DNA from: Minisyncoccota bacterium
GTDB lineage: Bacteria; Patescibacteriota; Minisyncoccia; Phycocordibacterales; UBA6065
DNA: 64,000 bases
NCBI GenBank assembly: GCA_035438745.1
Contig: DAORIX010000001.1
Span: 3,075 to 67,074 of the forward strand
Reading direction: 5' to 3'
Positions 48,105-58,041 of this stretch are shown in pieces (positions within the stretch are counted from its first letter, which is position 1; every line of letters starts with the position of its first letter). The position numbers and the translations under genes are program-made. The notes under the pieces are model-generated. The model saw only the letters and a program-made list of their open reading frames with translations, was not told the origin of the DNA and did no database searches.

Positions 48105-49121
48105 CTTACGAGATTTTTTCTTTTTCAAAACCTTTTTTGTTTTTTGTGGTTTTGATTTTTTCTGCTTTTGTACCTGCTCATTAATCCATTCATATGTTTT
48201 TGCCATCCCCTCTTTAAGAGGCCGACTTGGAGCCCAGTTCAACTTTTCTTTGATAAGTCGATTGTCAGAGTTACGTCCACGCACTCCGAGTGGACCAGGC
48301 ACATGATTGAGGCGAACTTTTTTTCCAGCAATAGAACTTACCATATGAACGAGATCGTTTATCGATATCATTTCATCTGAGCCAATATTTACCGGACCTG
48401 TAAAATCAGATCTCATGAGGCGCTCAACACCCTCGAGACATTCATCGATATAGAGAAAAGATCGAGTTTGTTCTCCATCACCCCACACTTCAACAACACC
48501 CCCATCTTTTGCCTCAGCAACCTTGCGACATGTCGCAGCAGGTGCTTTTTCCTTTCCACCATTCCATGTGCCCTCTGGACCAAAAACATTATGAAAACGT
48601 GCAATACGCACATTCATACAATGATTTCGAGCATATGCCATAAAAAGTCTTTCGCTAAATATTTTTTCCCAACCATATTCACTATCAGGAGCTGCGGGAT
48701 AAGCCGACTCTTCACTACAATCTGGATTGTTAGGATCAACCTGATTACGCTCAGGATAAATACACGCGGATGAGGAGTAAAAAAGAGTGCCCACACCAAC
48801 CTTTCGTGCTTGTTCAGCAATATTAAGGTTGATTGTCGCCGAATTGTGCATAATATCGGCATCGTGATTTCCTGTAAAAATATAACCCGCTCCTCCCATA
48901 TCTGCCGCAAGCTGATACACACGATCGAAAGAACGATTGAGAACCTTTGCGCACACTTTAACATCTCTCAAATCACCTACGACAAATTCATTGGCCTTTG
49001 AAACACCGTACTCGGGTTTTTTTAGATCAACACCACGCACCCAATATCCATCTTTTCTGAGTTTGGTCACAAGATGATTTCCAATAAATCCACCGGCGCC
49101 ACACACAAGAGCTCTTTTCAT
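48102..49121 (-). CDS. GDP-mannose 3,5-epimerase (GME) homolog with Lys-rich C-terminal tail
   Basis: Extended SDR matching the GME pattern: GAGGFIGNHL, LAADMGGAGYI, SSSACIYPE, GPEGTWNGGKEKAPAA, WGDGEQTRSF..IDEC, PVNIGSDEM, PGPLGVRGRNSDNRLIKEKL. The last 22 aa are QKQKKSKPQKTKKVLKKKKSRK. Confidence 0.75.
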   Translation of the reverse strand: MKRALVCGAGGFIGNHLVTKLRKDGYWVRGVDLKKPEYGVSKANEFVVGDLRDVKVCAKVLNRSFDRVYQLAADMGGAGYIFTGNHDADIMHNSATINLNIAEQARKVGVGTLFYSSSACIYPERNQVDPNNPDCSEESAYPAAPDSEYGWEKIFSERLFMAYARNHCMNVRIARFHNVFGPEGTWNGGKEKAPAATCRKVAEAKDGGVVEVWGDGEQTRSFLYIDECLEGVERLMRSDFTGPVNIGSDEMISINDLVHMVSSIAGKKVRLNHVPGPLGVRGRNSDNRLIKEKLNWAPSRPLKEGMAKTYEWINEQVQKQKKSKPQKTKKVLKKKKSRK

Positions 49122-49207
49122 GTGATTTAACAGTTTAACTGAATATATAACCTAAATAATGGAAAAATTATAGTCTTTTTAGCCTCAAAAGACAATGATA
49201 GACAGTT

Positions 49208-50764
49208 TTATTTCTTCCTCCCCACAATATACAAATGGGTCGCCACAGCGTCTGAACCAGGTATATACATAAAGAGGTAATCGAGATATTTGAGAGGACC
49301 CAAAACCAACATAAAAACATGAGCAAGAAATGGAGCAATTTTTCGTGAACCAAAAGAAAAAATAACACCCAGCCAGTATGCCAGAAACATGAGGAGTGTT
49401 GACCACGGACCTGAACGAACTCCCGCCTCTACAATTTCAAGATCAGAAAACATATGTTTGAGTCCTGAAATAGTCCATCTATTAAAATCGTCAGGTGATG
49501 CATGGTACGGATGCATAAAAGGAGCACTCACATACACATAACCACCCGGCTTCACAATTCTCACCATCTCCCGAGCAACAAGGTGTGCATCAGGCACATG
49601 TTCGAACAAAGACTCAGACACTGCAGCGTCTACTGAATTATCCTTAAAAGGCAACCGTGTCGCATCAGATACAATATCGACTTCGGGGAAAGGAAAAATA
49701 TCGACGTTTATAAATTCATCCCCCAGTCGTTCTGGTCCGGAACCCACATCTACAACTGTTGCACCCCGTGGAACCTTTTTGAGAATTATACGTGGGCCGT
49801 TCACCAACATGAGTACCGGACAAAAAACATGCCAAATAGAATAGTAAATCTTTGGAAACTGTTTCAAAAAAGACTTCAGCCAATTAACTCCAGACTCATG
49901 CTGATCGCTATTGCGCTCATACACCACTCTTTCAATCAAAATAGGGCGACGCGAATCATCAATAATAAAAGTCTCATGAAGAGAACACGCGAGTCCATTA
50001 TCGCTCACCTTAAAGTCCCCCTTACAAAAAGGACAACAGACAAGATGAAGGTGATTGTCTACCTCGCGAGCACGAGGTTTTTTCAAATTAAGAAGCCTAT
50101 CTGCGATAAGTAATTGTATCGCCTTGAAACCATCTCTATAGCGAATCTTTTTACCCTCTTTTGCGTCCCGCGGTGTGTGCGAAATAGGAACCTCTACAAT
50201 ACTGTGCCCCTCGCGCAACAATGCTGCTGTAAAAAGTAATTCGGACTCAAATTGACCAGGGATAAATAGTTTTTTTGAAGACTGAGGAAAAAGCTTATAG
50301 CATGTCCATACGTCAGTCAGGCGTGCTCCGTATAAAAAGTTAATGAGTTGCGTTATGAACCAGACACCCAGACGCTGAGCATAAAAACCTTTTCTCTTTT
50401 CGTGATGTAAATTGCGTGAACCGTATACAACCTGAGATCCCGTACTTAGAGCCTCGACAAAAAGAGGAATTTCCTTGGGATGATACTCCAGGTCAGCGTC
50501 CTGAATTAAAATATAATCACCCGTTGCTTCCTCGAGGCCTCGAGTCACCGCTGTGCCCTTGCCACCATTTTTCTCTTGATGGATTGTAATAATACGAGAA
50601 GCGTACTTCTTCAGTATGTCTTTGGTTCCGTCTGTAGAAGCATCATCGACAACAATAACCTCTTTTGACCATCCAGGAATGGAGACGGCAAAAACACGAG
50701 AAAGAAGTTCTTCTATTGTTTTTTCTTCATTAAAACACGGTATAACTATTGAAATCTTTTTCAT
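49208..50764 (-). CDS. fusion protein: DPM1/GtrB-like GT2 (polyprenyl-phosphate sugar synthase-like) + Cys4 zinc ribbon + class I SAM methyltransferase
   Basis: N-terminal ISIVIPCFNEE..VVDDASTDGT..IQDADLEYHP (DPM1-like), middle CCPFCKG...C, C-terminal VVDVGSGPERL..VDAAVSESLFEHV..VKPGGYVYVS (Methyltransf_11). Confidence 0.75.
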   Translation of the reverse strand: MKKISIVIPCFNEEKTIEELLSRVFAVSIPGWSKEVIVVDDASTDGTKDILKKYASRIITIHQEKNGGKGTAVTRGLEEATGDYILIQDADLEYHPKEIPLFVEALSTGSQVVYGSRNLHHEKRKGFYAQRLGVWFITQLINFLYGARLTDVWTCYKLFPQSSKKLFIPGQFESELLFTAALLREGHSIVEVPISHTPRDAKEGKKIRYRDGFKAIQLLIADRLLNLKKPRAREVDNHLHLVCCPFCKGDFKVSDNGLACSLHETFIIDDSRRPILIERVVYERNSDQHESGVNWLKSFLKQFPKIYYSIWHVFCPVLMLVNGPRIILKKVPRGATVVDVGSGPERLGDEFINVDIFPFPEVDIVSDATRLPFKDNSVDAAVSESLFEHVPDAHLVAREMVRIVKPGGYVYVSAPFMHPYHASPDDFNRWTISGLKHMFSDLEIVEAGVRSGPWSTLLMFLAYWLGVIFSFGSRKIAPFLAHVFMLVLGPLKYLDYLFMYIPGSDAVATHLYIVGRKK

Positions 50765-50771
50765 AGAAACT

Positions 50772-51590
50772 CTAGTGATAAAAAGGTGTGGTTTGAGAAA
50801 TATAATCAATCTGAAGACCCCTCTTAACCGCTACGAAATTTGTAAGAGTAAAGCGCTCTTGATCGGGGAAATACTCGACCCTCTCAAGAGAACGGGATTT
50901 CAAACGATACATATCGTACCCATACTGCTCAAAAAATCTCAAGAAGTCACGTAGAAAAAATCGAGACTCCAAAGTTGCCCCAGAAAATTCATACTGTACC
51001 ATGTCGACCATACCTTGTTTGAACATATTTTCTGCGCCTTTCAAAACAAAAAACTCATAACCCTCAACATCCACCTTCAAGAAATCTACATGGCGAATGT
51101 TGTGATCCTTTACATACTCATCGAGAGTAGTCACCTGAACCATAAGTGCTTTTTCTTTTTTATCTTGTTCGTGAATATCAAACAAAGAATTAAAAACCGT
51201 CTTTGAATGACGAAATAGTTGCATCTGGGTCTTTTTCTCACCCACTGCACAATTATTTAAAATGGCTCTTTTTTTAAAGTCCTTCGTATTCGTTTGTAAT
51301 TGATCAAACGCTCTCACGTCTGGTTCAAAAGCATGAACAACCACATCAGGATTGCTCGAGAGAATTTTTCTAGAGTAATCCCCTATATTCGCACCGACAT
51401 CAAAAACCACCTTTAGTTTTCCCTGTAATTTCTCGAGAAGCCAGTATTCACCGTTTGTCTCGCGGTCAAAAGCATTATCCCCATAACAAAAATCAATGTA
51501 TTTACTACAAAACAAAAAAAGCAGTCGAGAGTATCGTGGGTTATTGCGATTAATAAAAATCTTTACGAGGTTTTTTTTAAAAAAATTCAT
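50772..51590 (-). CDS. FkbM-family methyltransferase
   Basis: VFDVGANIGDYS SAM-binding block and FkbM-domain layout. Confidence 0.7.
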   Translation of the reverse strand: MNFFKKNLVKIFINRNNPRYSRLLFLFCSKYIDFCYGDNAFDRETNGEYWLLEKLQGKLKVVFDVGANIGDYSRKILSSNPDVVVHAFEPDVRAFDQLQTNTKDFKKRAILNNCAVGEKKTQMQLFRHSKTVFNSLFDIHEQDKKEKALMVQVTTLDEYVKDHNIRHVDFLKVDVEGYEFFVLKGAENMFKQGMVDMVQYEFSGATLESRFFLRDFLRFFEQYGYDMYRLKSRSLERVEYFPDQERFTLTNFVAVKRGLQIDYISQTTPFYH

Positions 51591-52966
51591 ATAAGTTTTT
51601 GTGGTTTTTGCAGTTTGAGTAGTATAGTACGAAATACTGAAATCAGTCCATAAAGAGCAAAACTTCCAATAAACACCTCCACAGGAACTCTAAACCGAGC
51701 GTTTACTCCAAAACCGTTGATGGCAGTAGTCACAGCAAAATACAAAACCATACAAAGCGCAGTGATGACATACGGTCTTACTTCTTCTTTCCTTAACAAA
51801 AGCCATGCGCCAACACAAAAGAATAGAGCACACACATACCAAAACAATCTCATGAGAATAATAAAGAAAGCGGGGCCGTATACATAATGAGAAATGGCAG
51901 AAAAAAGCTCACCGGGATGCGCAAGAAGAGTAATGACCGGCTTTGCCACCACATTCTCTAAACGAATATCCATATTGCCCAAGATCGTAAGAACCCCATC
52001 ATGTGTAAAAAAGGTAACGAGTGTAATGAGGGCCGATTGTATCAAAGCACTCTTGTGTTCGCGTATGATTTCAAAGGCCTTATCTGTGTACTCTTGAGCG
52101 TTCTCTAATGTAATCGTGTTCGGATCAAAACCATCTTTATACACGAAAGAATTCAGCTCCGTAGCAAAATCTGTGTTGTTATCAATAGCGAGCAGTGTGG
52201 GCACAATATATACATACGCATTGAAAGCAGGTTGCGCACTCATGCCCCACACGCCAAATTCCTGCTTATTACGATACAGCCATGGCATAACAACGAGCGA
52301 GGCAAAAAGTGCAAACAACAAAACATGAAGACAAACTATTTTTGATAGCCTTTTTCGTTCAATAAACAAAAGCCCTAGTGGAACGAGAAAGATAAAGTAC
52401 TGAACCGTAGGTTTAATTAAAATCGAAAGTCCCAAAAAAACAGAAGCCCAAATAATGGCACGAAGTGTTTTGTGCCGTATATAACGGAAGAGAAACAAAA
52501 CAAAACAAAGAAAGAAAAAAGTAAAAGATGTTTCCGTATAAAGTAAAAAAGAGAGCAAAATAGTATAAGGGCTCATGGCCATGAAATAGCCCACGTAACG
52601 CGAAATTTTCTCTGTTACGAAATAACGCGAAATGAGTACGCCTAGTATCGGTATACTACTCGCCATAAGCAATTCACATACAAAAACCAACGGGTATCCG
52701 CCAACTGAGGCAAGCCCTGCAATAATGTAAGGCCACAGAGGAGGCCTCAAGGGATTTGGTCTAAAAGGAGGTTCTGCATCAAAACTGAAGCCGTTACCTA
52801 AAAGAATATTTTGGCTCAGCTCATAGTACCCATCGTCGCCTTTAATAGTAGGTATAAGTTGGTGGTCATTTACAGTAAAATTTACAGAAAAAAGCACCAC
52901 CCTAAGCAGTAAGGCAAAAAGAAAAAGAATGATAAAAAAACGGTATTTTTGAAAAAAATTTTTCAT
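51587..52966 (-). CDS. GT-C fold membrane glycosyltransferase (ArnT/PMT, GT39/GT83-like; polyprenyl-phosphate-sugar dependent)
   Basis: 459 aa, about 11 TM, N-terminal DDGYY-type loop (IKGDDGYYELSQNILLGNGF) characteristic of the PMT/ArnT family first extracytoplasmic loop. Confidence 0.65.
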   Translation of the reverse strand: MKNFFQKYRFFIILFLFALLLRVVLFSVNFTVNDHQLIPTIKGDDGYYELSQNILLGNGFSFDAEPPFRPNPLRPPLWPYIIAGLASVGGYPLVFVCELLMASSIPILGVLISRYFVTEKISRYVGYFMAMSPYTILLSFLLYTETSFTFFFLCFVLFLFRYIRHKTLRAIIWASVFLGLSILIKPTVQYFIFLVPLGLLFIERKRLSKIVCLHVLLFALFASLVVMPWLYRNKQEFGVWGMSAQPAFNAYVYIVPTLLAIDNNTDFATELNSFVYKDGFDPNTITLENAQEYTDKAFEIIREHKSALIQSALITLVTFFTHDGVLTILGNMDIRLENVVAKPVITLLAHPGELFSAISHYVYGPAFFIILMRLFWYVCALFFCVGAWLLLRKEEVRPYVITALCMVLYFAVTTAINGFGVNARFRVPVEVFIGSFALYGLISVFRTILLKLQKPQKLI

Positions 52967-54106
52967 TTATTTTAATTGCATAAAACGAACAATTCTTTCA
53001 GCGCGATTATCCCATGTGTGTTTTTGTGCCACTAGAAAAGCTTTTTCTACCAAGCGCGACCTATCTCCGTCTACACAAGACTTAATTGCACCCGCAAGTG
53101 AAACCGCGTTATCTGGCTCAAAAAACACAGCACTGTCCTCGCCAACAATCTCTCTAATTGAGGGTATGTCAGAGGCAACAATAGGCTTCTTTGATGCCAT
53201 GTACTCAAACAGCTTCATCGGCGATGTGTAGTATAGTGATATTTTTTCTTTCCCAGTATTAGGCAAAACGAGAACATCTGCAGCTTTTTGCCATAGAGGT
53301 ATCTGTGCATGAGGCTTGTGTCCCACAACCTGTATATTCTTCACATCTCCATACTTCTTTAAAAAAGAATTGACATCATGAAGTGTTCCTCCAACAAAAA
53401 TGACCTCACAGTTATCAGGTAACAATCGAGCCGCCTCCGCGAGAGTATCGACACCTTTCCATCCATACAGATGACCAGTGTAGACAATTATTTTTTTGTC
53501 CAGAGACAAACCAAGATCTTTTCGGGCTTGAGCGGTAGAAATAGATACGTCGAAATCTCTAACATCTACAGCGTTTGGTTCATACAGAAATAAATCTTTC
53601 CTCAAACGAGGAAAAAGCTCATGCACGCGCTTGAGTTTCCACTTATTATGAACAAGTACCCATCTCATCAAACCGAGGGCGTGACCGAAAAAGAAAAGCT
53701 TACTCTCGGGAAAATCATGCATTTCATAAAAACAATTGGGTATTATTTTTGAAACAAAAAAAAGAGGAACAATTTCGTTGGAATAAACGATATCTCCTTC
53801 CGTATAATTTTTCTTTAAAAAATAAAAAACACCCCATGAAAAAGAAAACATGCTCACCACAAAAGCTGCGTACTTGAAAAGAAACGTGTCGAAAATGTCT
53901 ATCACGGGGACATAAACGATTTTGAAAGATTGAGATATTCCATAAAACGTAAAAGCGTCTTCCGTGGGGATGTTTTTTCTTTTTGGAACCAAAACGGTTA
54001 CTTCAAAACCCTGTCTTGAAAAAGCCTCAGCGTTTTTTGCTGTAAACAGAGAAGCTGCTTTTTCACTAGGAAATCGGCCGTGGAATATAAGGAATAGCTT
54101 CTTCAT
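52967..54106 (-). CDS. GT4 glycosyltransferase
   Basis: Glycos_transf_1 C-terminal domain (SPMKLFEYMASKKPIVASDIPSIREIV). Confidence 0.75.
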   Translation of the reverse strand: MKKLFLIFHGRFPSEKAASLFTAKNAEAFSRQGFEVTVLVPKRKNIPTEDAFTFYGISQSFKIVYVPVIDIFDTFLFKYAAFVVSMFSFSWGVFYFLKKNYTEGDIVYSNEIVPLFFVSKIIPNCFYEMHDFPESKLFFFGHALGLMRWVLVHNKWKLKRVHELFPRLRKDLFLYEPNAVDVRDFDVSISTAQARKDLGLSLDKKIIVYTGHLYGWKGVDTLAEAARLLPDNCEVIFVGGTLHDVNSFLKKYGDVKNIQVVGHKPHAQIPLWQKAADVLVLPNTGKEKISLYYTSPMKLFEYMASKKPIVASDIPSIREIVGEDSAVFFEPDNAVSLAGAIKSCVDGDRSRLVEKAFLVAQKHTWDNRAERIVRFMQLK

Positions 54107-54118
54107 GAAAAAAGTATT

Positions 54119-55207
54119 ATGTCTTATTATACCAGATTTGATGATATACTAAAATACAAAAAATATATGCTGATTTCATACATAAATACAAAAAATATAT
54201 ACCCCCACGACAGACATCTTATCGACGGACTTAGAGAAAATGGCCACACCGTTCTCGATATAAACGAAAACACTCCAGGACTAAAAAAATACTCTCATCT
54301 TATTAAAATAGTTCTCGAGCATAAGAAAAAAAGCGATCTGCTCATTATAGGTTTCACCTCACCAATTTTTGCCATCATTGCAAGCTTTTTTTCTCGAAAA
54401 ATTGTATACAATGCGGTATCTTCACAATATGAGGCAAATGTCATATCACGTGATGTCAAAAAATATTCCCTAGCAGCACTCAAGTGGTGGGTTCTCGATA
54501 TTTTGTCATTCCATCTTCCTGCAAAAATATTACTCGAAAGCCCTTCTCAGATTGAATTTATACACCGATTTTTTTTCGTAAAAAAAGAAAAGCTCATTAA
54601 ATCATGGACAGGGGTCAATGAGAAAGAATTTTTCTTTGAGCCTCAGTACACAAAAGAAAAAACGTTCACAGTACTCTTCAGGGGTAGATTTCTCGCGGAA
54701 TCAGGAATTGACACAGTTATTAAAACAGCAAAAATTCTCGAGGAAAAAGGAATCAATTTTAGAATTATAGGTGCAGGTCATCTCTATAGAGAAGTTAATG
54801 CTCTTATGAAAAACCTTGCACCGAAAAATATAGAAATGATTAACGAAACACTCCCTATCGAAACACTTCGAGAAAAAATGCTTCAATGTCACATTAGCCT
54901 CGGACAAATGGCTGATCATCCTCGCCTCTTGAGAACTCTTCCATGTAAACTCTATGAAACACTTGCGCTCGGCTTACCCTATCTCACTGGACGAAACAGA
55001 GCTGTACTCGAACTCCTCACGGAAAACGTAACCTGTGCATGTGCTAACCCAGGAGATCCGTATGATTTAGCAGATAAAATACTTTATCTAAAAAACAACC
55101 CGGAAACACTAGAAAAAATAGCCTCTCAGGGATTCGCTTTGTATAAAAACACACTCACATCAAAAAAACTTGCTCAGTCAGTAACTGAACAACTCTCAAT
55201 CAAATAA
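54119..55207 (+). CDS. GT4-like glycosyltransferase
   Basis: C-terminal GT-B donor domain (FRGRFLAESGIDTVIKTAKIL...YETLALGLPYLTG). Confidence 0.6.
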   Translation: MSYYTRFDDILKYKKYMLISYINTKNIYPHDRHLIDGLRENGHTVLDINENTPGLKKYSHLIKIVLEHKKKSDLLIIGFTSPIFAIIASFFSRKIVYNAVSSQYEANVISRDVKKYSLAALKWWVLDILSFHLPAKILLESPSQIEFIHRFFFVKKEKLIKSWTGVNEKEFFFEPQYTKEKTFTVLFRGRFLAESGIDTVIKTAKILEEKGINFRIIGAGHLYREVNALMKNLAPKNIEMINETLPIETLREKMLQCHISLGQMADHPRLLRTLPCKLYETLALGLPYLTGRNRAVLELLTENVTCACANPGDPYDLADKILYLKNNPETLEKIASQGFALYKNTLTSKKLAQSVTEQLSIK

Positions 55208-55208
55208 T

Positions 55209-56381
55209 ATGAAAATATGCGTACTCAGCACAATAGACTGTAGAGGGGGTGCTGCAAAAGTAGCATGGGAACTCCGGGAAAACCTCAAAAAAGAAGGTCA
55301 TCAGGTGGCCACGTTTGTACGTTATAAATATTCAGACGAAGCAGATGTTTTTGTGATACCACGAAAACGCTACCAAGATTGGCTTGTAAAAATTTTTGCA
55401 AATGACCTGATCTTTGCACGCTCAAAATATATCCTTAAAACAAAAGAATTCCTCGAGGCAGATATCATTCACTGTCACAACCTTCATAGCAACTTCTTTG
55501 ATCTTGCTCTACTCAAACACATGTCAAAACTCAAACCGGTAATATGGACAATGCATGATCTATGGGCAATTACAGGCTATGCAAGCGATAGTGTTACACG
55601 GAAAAATCCAAATAAAAAAAGGTTTCTACTGTATCTGTGGGATAATACTCAAAACTTACTAGAGAAAAAATCGAAGATATACAGAAACAGCAAACTTACC
55701 ATTATCGCTGTATCTGATTGGATGAAAAATGAGGTACAGAACAGTGTACTTGGTATGCAAAAAATTATCCGTATTTATAACGGAATAGACACATCTGTGT
55801 TTACAAAAAAAGATAAAATAAAAACGAGACAAAAACTAGGATTACCGTTAGACAAAAAAATAGTAGCCTTTGGAACGAAAGGTTGGCATACCGTAGAAAA
55901 AATCATCGAAACAACACCAAAAGACTCCAACCTGTACTTTCTGTCTATAGGAAACTCAAATGTAAAAACCTTGTATCCTCACTACAAATCAACTGAACAC
56001 TTAACTGACAAGAACCGCGTAGCGGAATATCTAGGCGCAGCAGATGTCCTTTTGTACCCAACACAAGGCGACTCTTTTGGTCTCACTGCTGCCGAAGCGA
56101 TAGCATGCGGTACACCCGTTGTCGCATACGCAATTGATGCGCTCCCAGAGATTATTAATCATACAAAAAACGGCTACCTTGCGATACCCGATTCACAAGA
56201 AGACTTAAAACGTGGTATGGAATACTTTATAAACCTACCCCAAAATCAGTACGCTTTTCTAAGTTCTGAAATGTCTACCGATATCGCAAATCGCTTTTCA
56301 AACAAAAAAATGTATGAGGAATATAAAAAACTCTACAACGAAATACTCTCAAAGAAAGAAAACCCTACTTCTTTAAAATAA
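55209..56381 (+). CDS. GT4 glycosyltransferase
   Basis: GT-B with C-terminal FGLTAAEAIACGTPVVAYAIDALPEII block. Confidence 0.75.
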   Translation: MKICVLSTIDCRGGAAKVAWELRENLKKEGHQVATFVRYKYSDEADVFVIPRKRYQDWLVKIFANDLIFARSKYILKTKEFLEADIIHCHNLHSNFFDLALLKHMSKLKPVIWTMHDLWAITGYASDSVTRKNPNKKRFLLYLWDNTQNLLEKKSKIYRNSKLTIIAVSDWMKNEVQNSVLGMQKIIRIYNGIDTSVFTKKDKIKTRQKLGLPLDKKIVAFGTKGWHTVEKIIETTPKDSNLYFLSIGNSNVKTLYPHYKSTEHLTDKNRVAEYLGAADVLLYPTQGDSFGLTAAEAIACGTPVVAYAIDALPEIINHTKNGYLAIPDSQEDLKRGMEYFINLPQNQYAFLSSEMSTDIANRFSNKKMYEEYKKLYNEILSKKENPTSLK

Positions 56382-56994
56382 ACGAGTAACCAAGAGGATA
56401 CCGCTCACCAACACGAGGCCTTAACTTTAAAAAGAGAGCGTCCGTAGCATAATAGAAAGGAAACAAGAAAACACGCACCAATCGAGGAAACGAGAGAACA
56501 ATAGTATTAAAATTTACGGAAAAAGGACCCCTCCCTACAGTGACGATTTGTACCTGAGAAAAGCCCGCCGACTTAAAAATCCTTTCGAGAGCTTCCTTTG
56601 TATATCTAAAATAGTCATGCGGATCAGGATGGTACTGTATAAGAAAAGGTACAAATCCAACAAGCGTTCCACCCTTCTTCAAAATACGATGAACTTCTGC
56701 AACTAAAAAAGCATGGTTATAGACGTGTTCCAAAACATTTGCCAACACCACACTATCAGCATATCCGTCAGCGTAAGGTAGTTTATCTTTTTCAAAGTCC
56801 ACCTTGGAAAGTAGTCCGTCTACGATTTCAACGGACGTGACAGACTCTTGTTTAAGATAGTCAAAATAATCAGGCTTACGGGCACCGCCAACATCAACAA
56901 CTTTTCCTGAAACAGAAAATTGTTTGAAACTTTGATTCATGAGTATCCTCAAAAGTGATTGACCTTGGTATACCTTACGCAGTGTAAAAAACAT
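56365..56994 (-). CDS. class I SAM-dependent methyltransferase (Methyltransf_11-like)
   Basis: VVDVGGARKP SAM motif I and VLEHV..LKKGGTLV post-I/II blocks; true start may be 56940. Confidence 0.7.
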   Translation of the reverse strand: MFFTLRKVYQGQSLLRILMNQSFKQFSVSGKVVDVGGARKPDYFDYLKQESVTSVEIVDGLLSKVDFEKDKLPYADGYADSVVLANVLEHVYNHAFLVAEVHRILKKGGTLVGFVPFLIQYHPDPHDYFRYTKEALERIFKSAGFSQVQIVTVGRGPFSVNFNTIVLSFPRLVRVFLFPFYYATDALFLKLRPRVGERYPLGYSFILKK

Positions 56995-57009
56995 GGTGGT
57001 GTTAAAAAA

Positions 57010-58041
57010 TTAATGAATGACCTGCACAAGTCTATCTCTAAGCTTGTCCAAACTATGCTGCTTGAGCACAACATTTCGCAAAATCGCTCCTTGAGCAACC
57101 CGAGAAGGTTTGTCCATGAGGATAATCCTCTCAAGTTTAGAAGCGAGCTCAGCAACATCACCTTCGGTGAAAATAAAACCATCGTCAATGAGTCCGCGTA
57201 AATTTTCATTAGAAGCAAGAACAAGACTCTCACACGCCATGGCTTCAAAAATAGTCTTATCGTACATCCCCGATGAAGATAAGTTTACGAACACCTCATG
57301 AGCGTTGTACACCCCGGGAGTTTGATCGTTTGGGATGCCGGGCAAAAAAGTGACCTTATCGGAAACACCCTCCTTGTGCGCCATGTATCTCAAGGAATCT
57401 GCATACTCTCGATCTTTTGGTAGAGGATCTCCAATAATAGTCGCATAAAAAGGCACTTTTTTTGTAGCAAGGATACCGAGCGCTCGTATTAAAACATCAG
57501 GTTTCTTAACCGGAGCAATACGAGCTAGAAATAAAATCGAGTGAGGTTTTCTGTCTTTTCTATACGGCGCAAAAATAGATGTATCTACACCAACAGGCAT
57601 AAGTATGGTTTTTTTAAATTTTGCCGTATATGAGTATTTTGATGTACAAAAAATATTCTTACAGAAAAGCGAAACAATATTAGTAAACTCACTACCAGAG
57701 TGATGATTTCTCCACATGTATATTGGCTTCCGTAAGAGTTTCCACAAAAAACCACCCAGAAGGACATACTCCTCGTTCATGTGAACAAATACAGCGTCAT
57801 ACTCTTTTCTTTTTGAAAAAATATACGTATAGAAATTTTTTAAATACTTCCACTTTGACTGTCCTCCTTCTTTACCCAAAGAAAGTACAGAAACATTGTG
57901 CGGTAAATCATACTCTCCTTTTTCGAGACATATAACCGTAATCGCTTTATACACTGAAGCAAAATCAAAAATCCAACGGTGAAAAAAACCCAGCACAGGA
58001 TCATTTTTATTAACCTTTTGAGTTATGATGAGTAATTTCAT
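57010..58041 (-). CDS. GT4 glycosyltransferase
   Basis: Glycos_transf_1 domain (SGMYDKTIFEAMACESLVLASN). Confidence 0.75.
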   Translation of the reverse strand: MKLLIITQKVNKNDPVLGFFHRWIFDFASVYKAITVICLEKGEYDLPHNVSVLSLGKEGGQSKWKYLKNFYTYIFSKRKEYDAVFVHMNEEYVLLGGFLWKLLRKPIYMWRNHHSGSEFTNIVSLFCKNIFCTSKYSYTAKFKKTILMPVGVDTSIFAPYRKDRKPHSILFLARIAPVKKPDVLIRALGILATKKVPFYATIIGDPLPKDREYADSLRYMAHKEGVSDKVTFLPGIPNDQTPGVYNAHEVFVNLSSSGMYDKTIFEAMACESLVLASNENLRGLIDDGFIFTEGDVAELASKLERIILMDKPSRVAQGAILRNVVLKQHSLDKLRDRLVQVIH

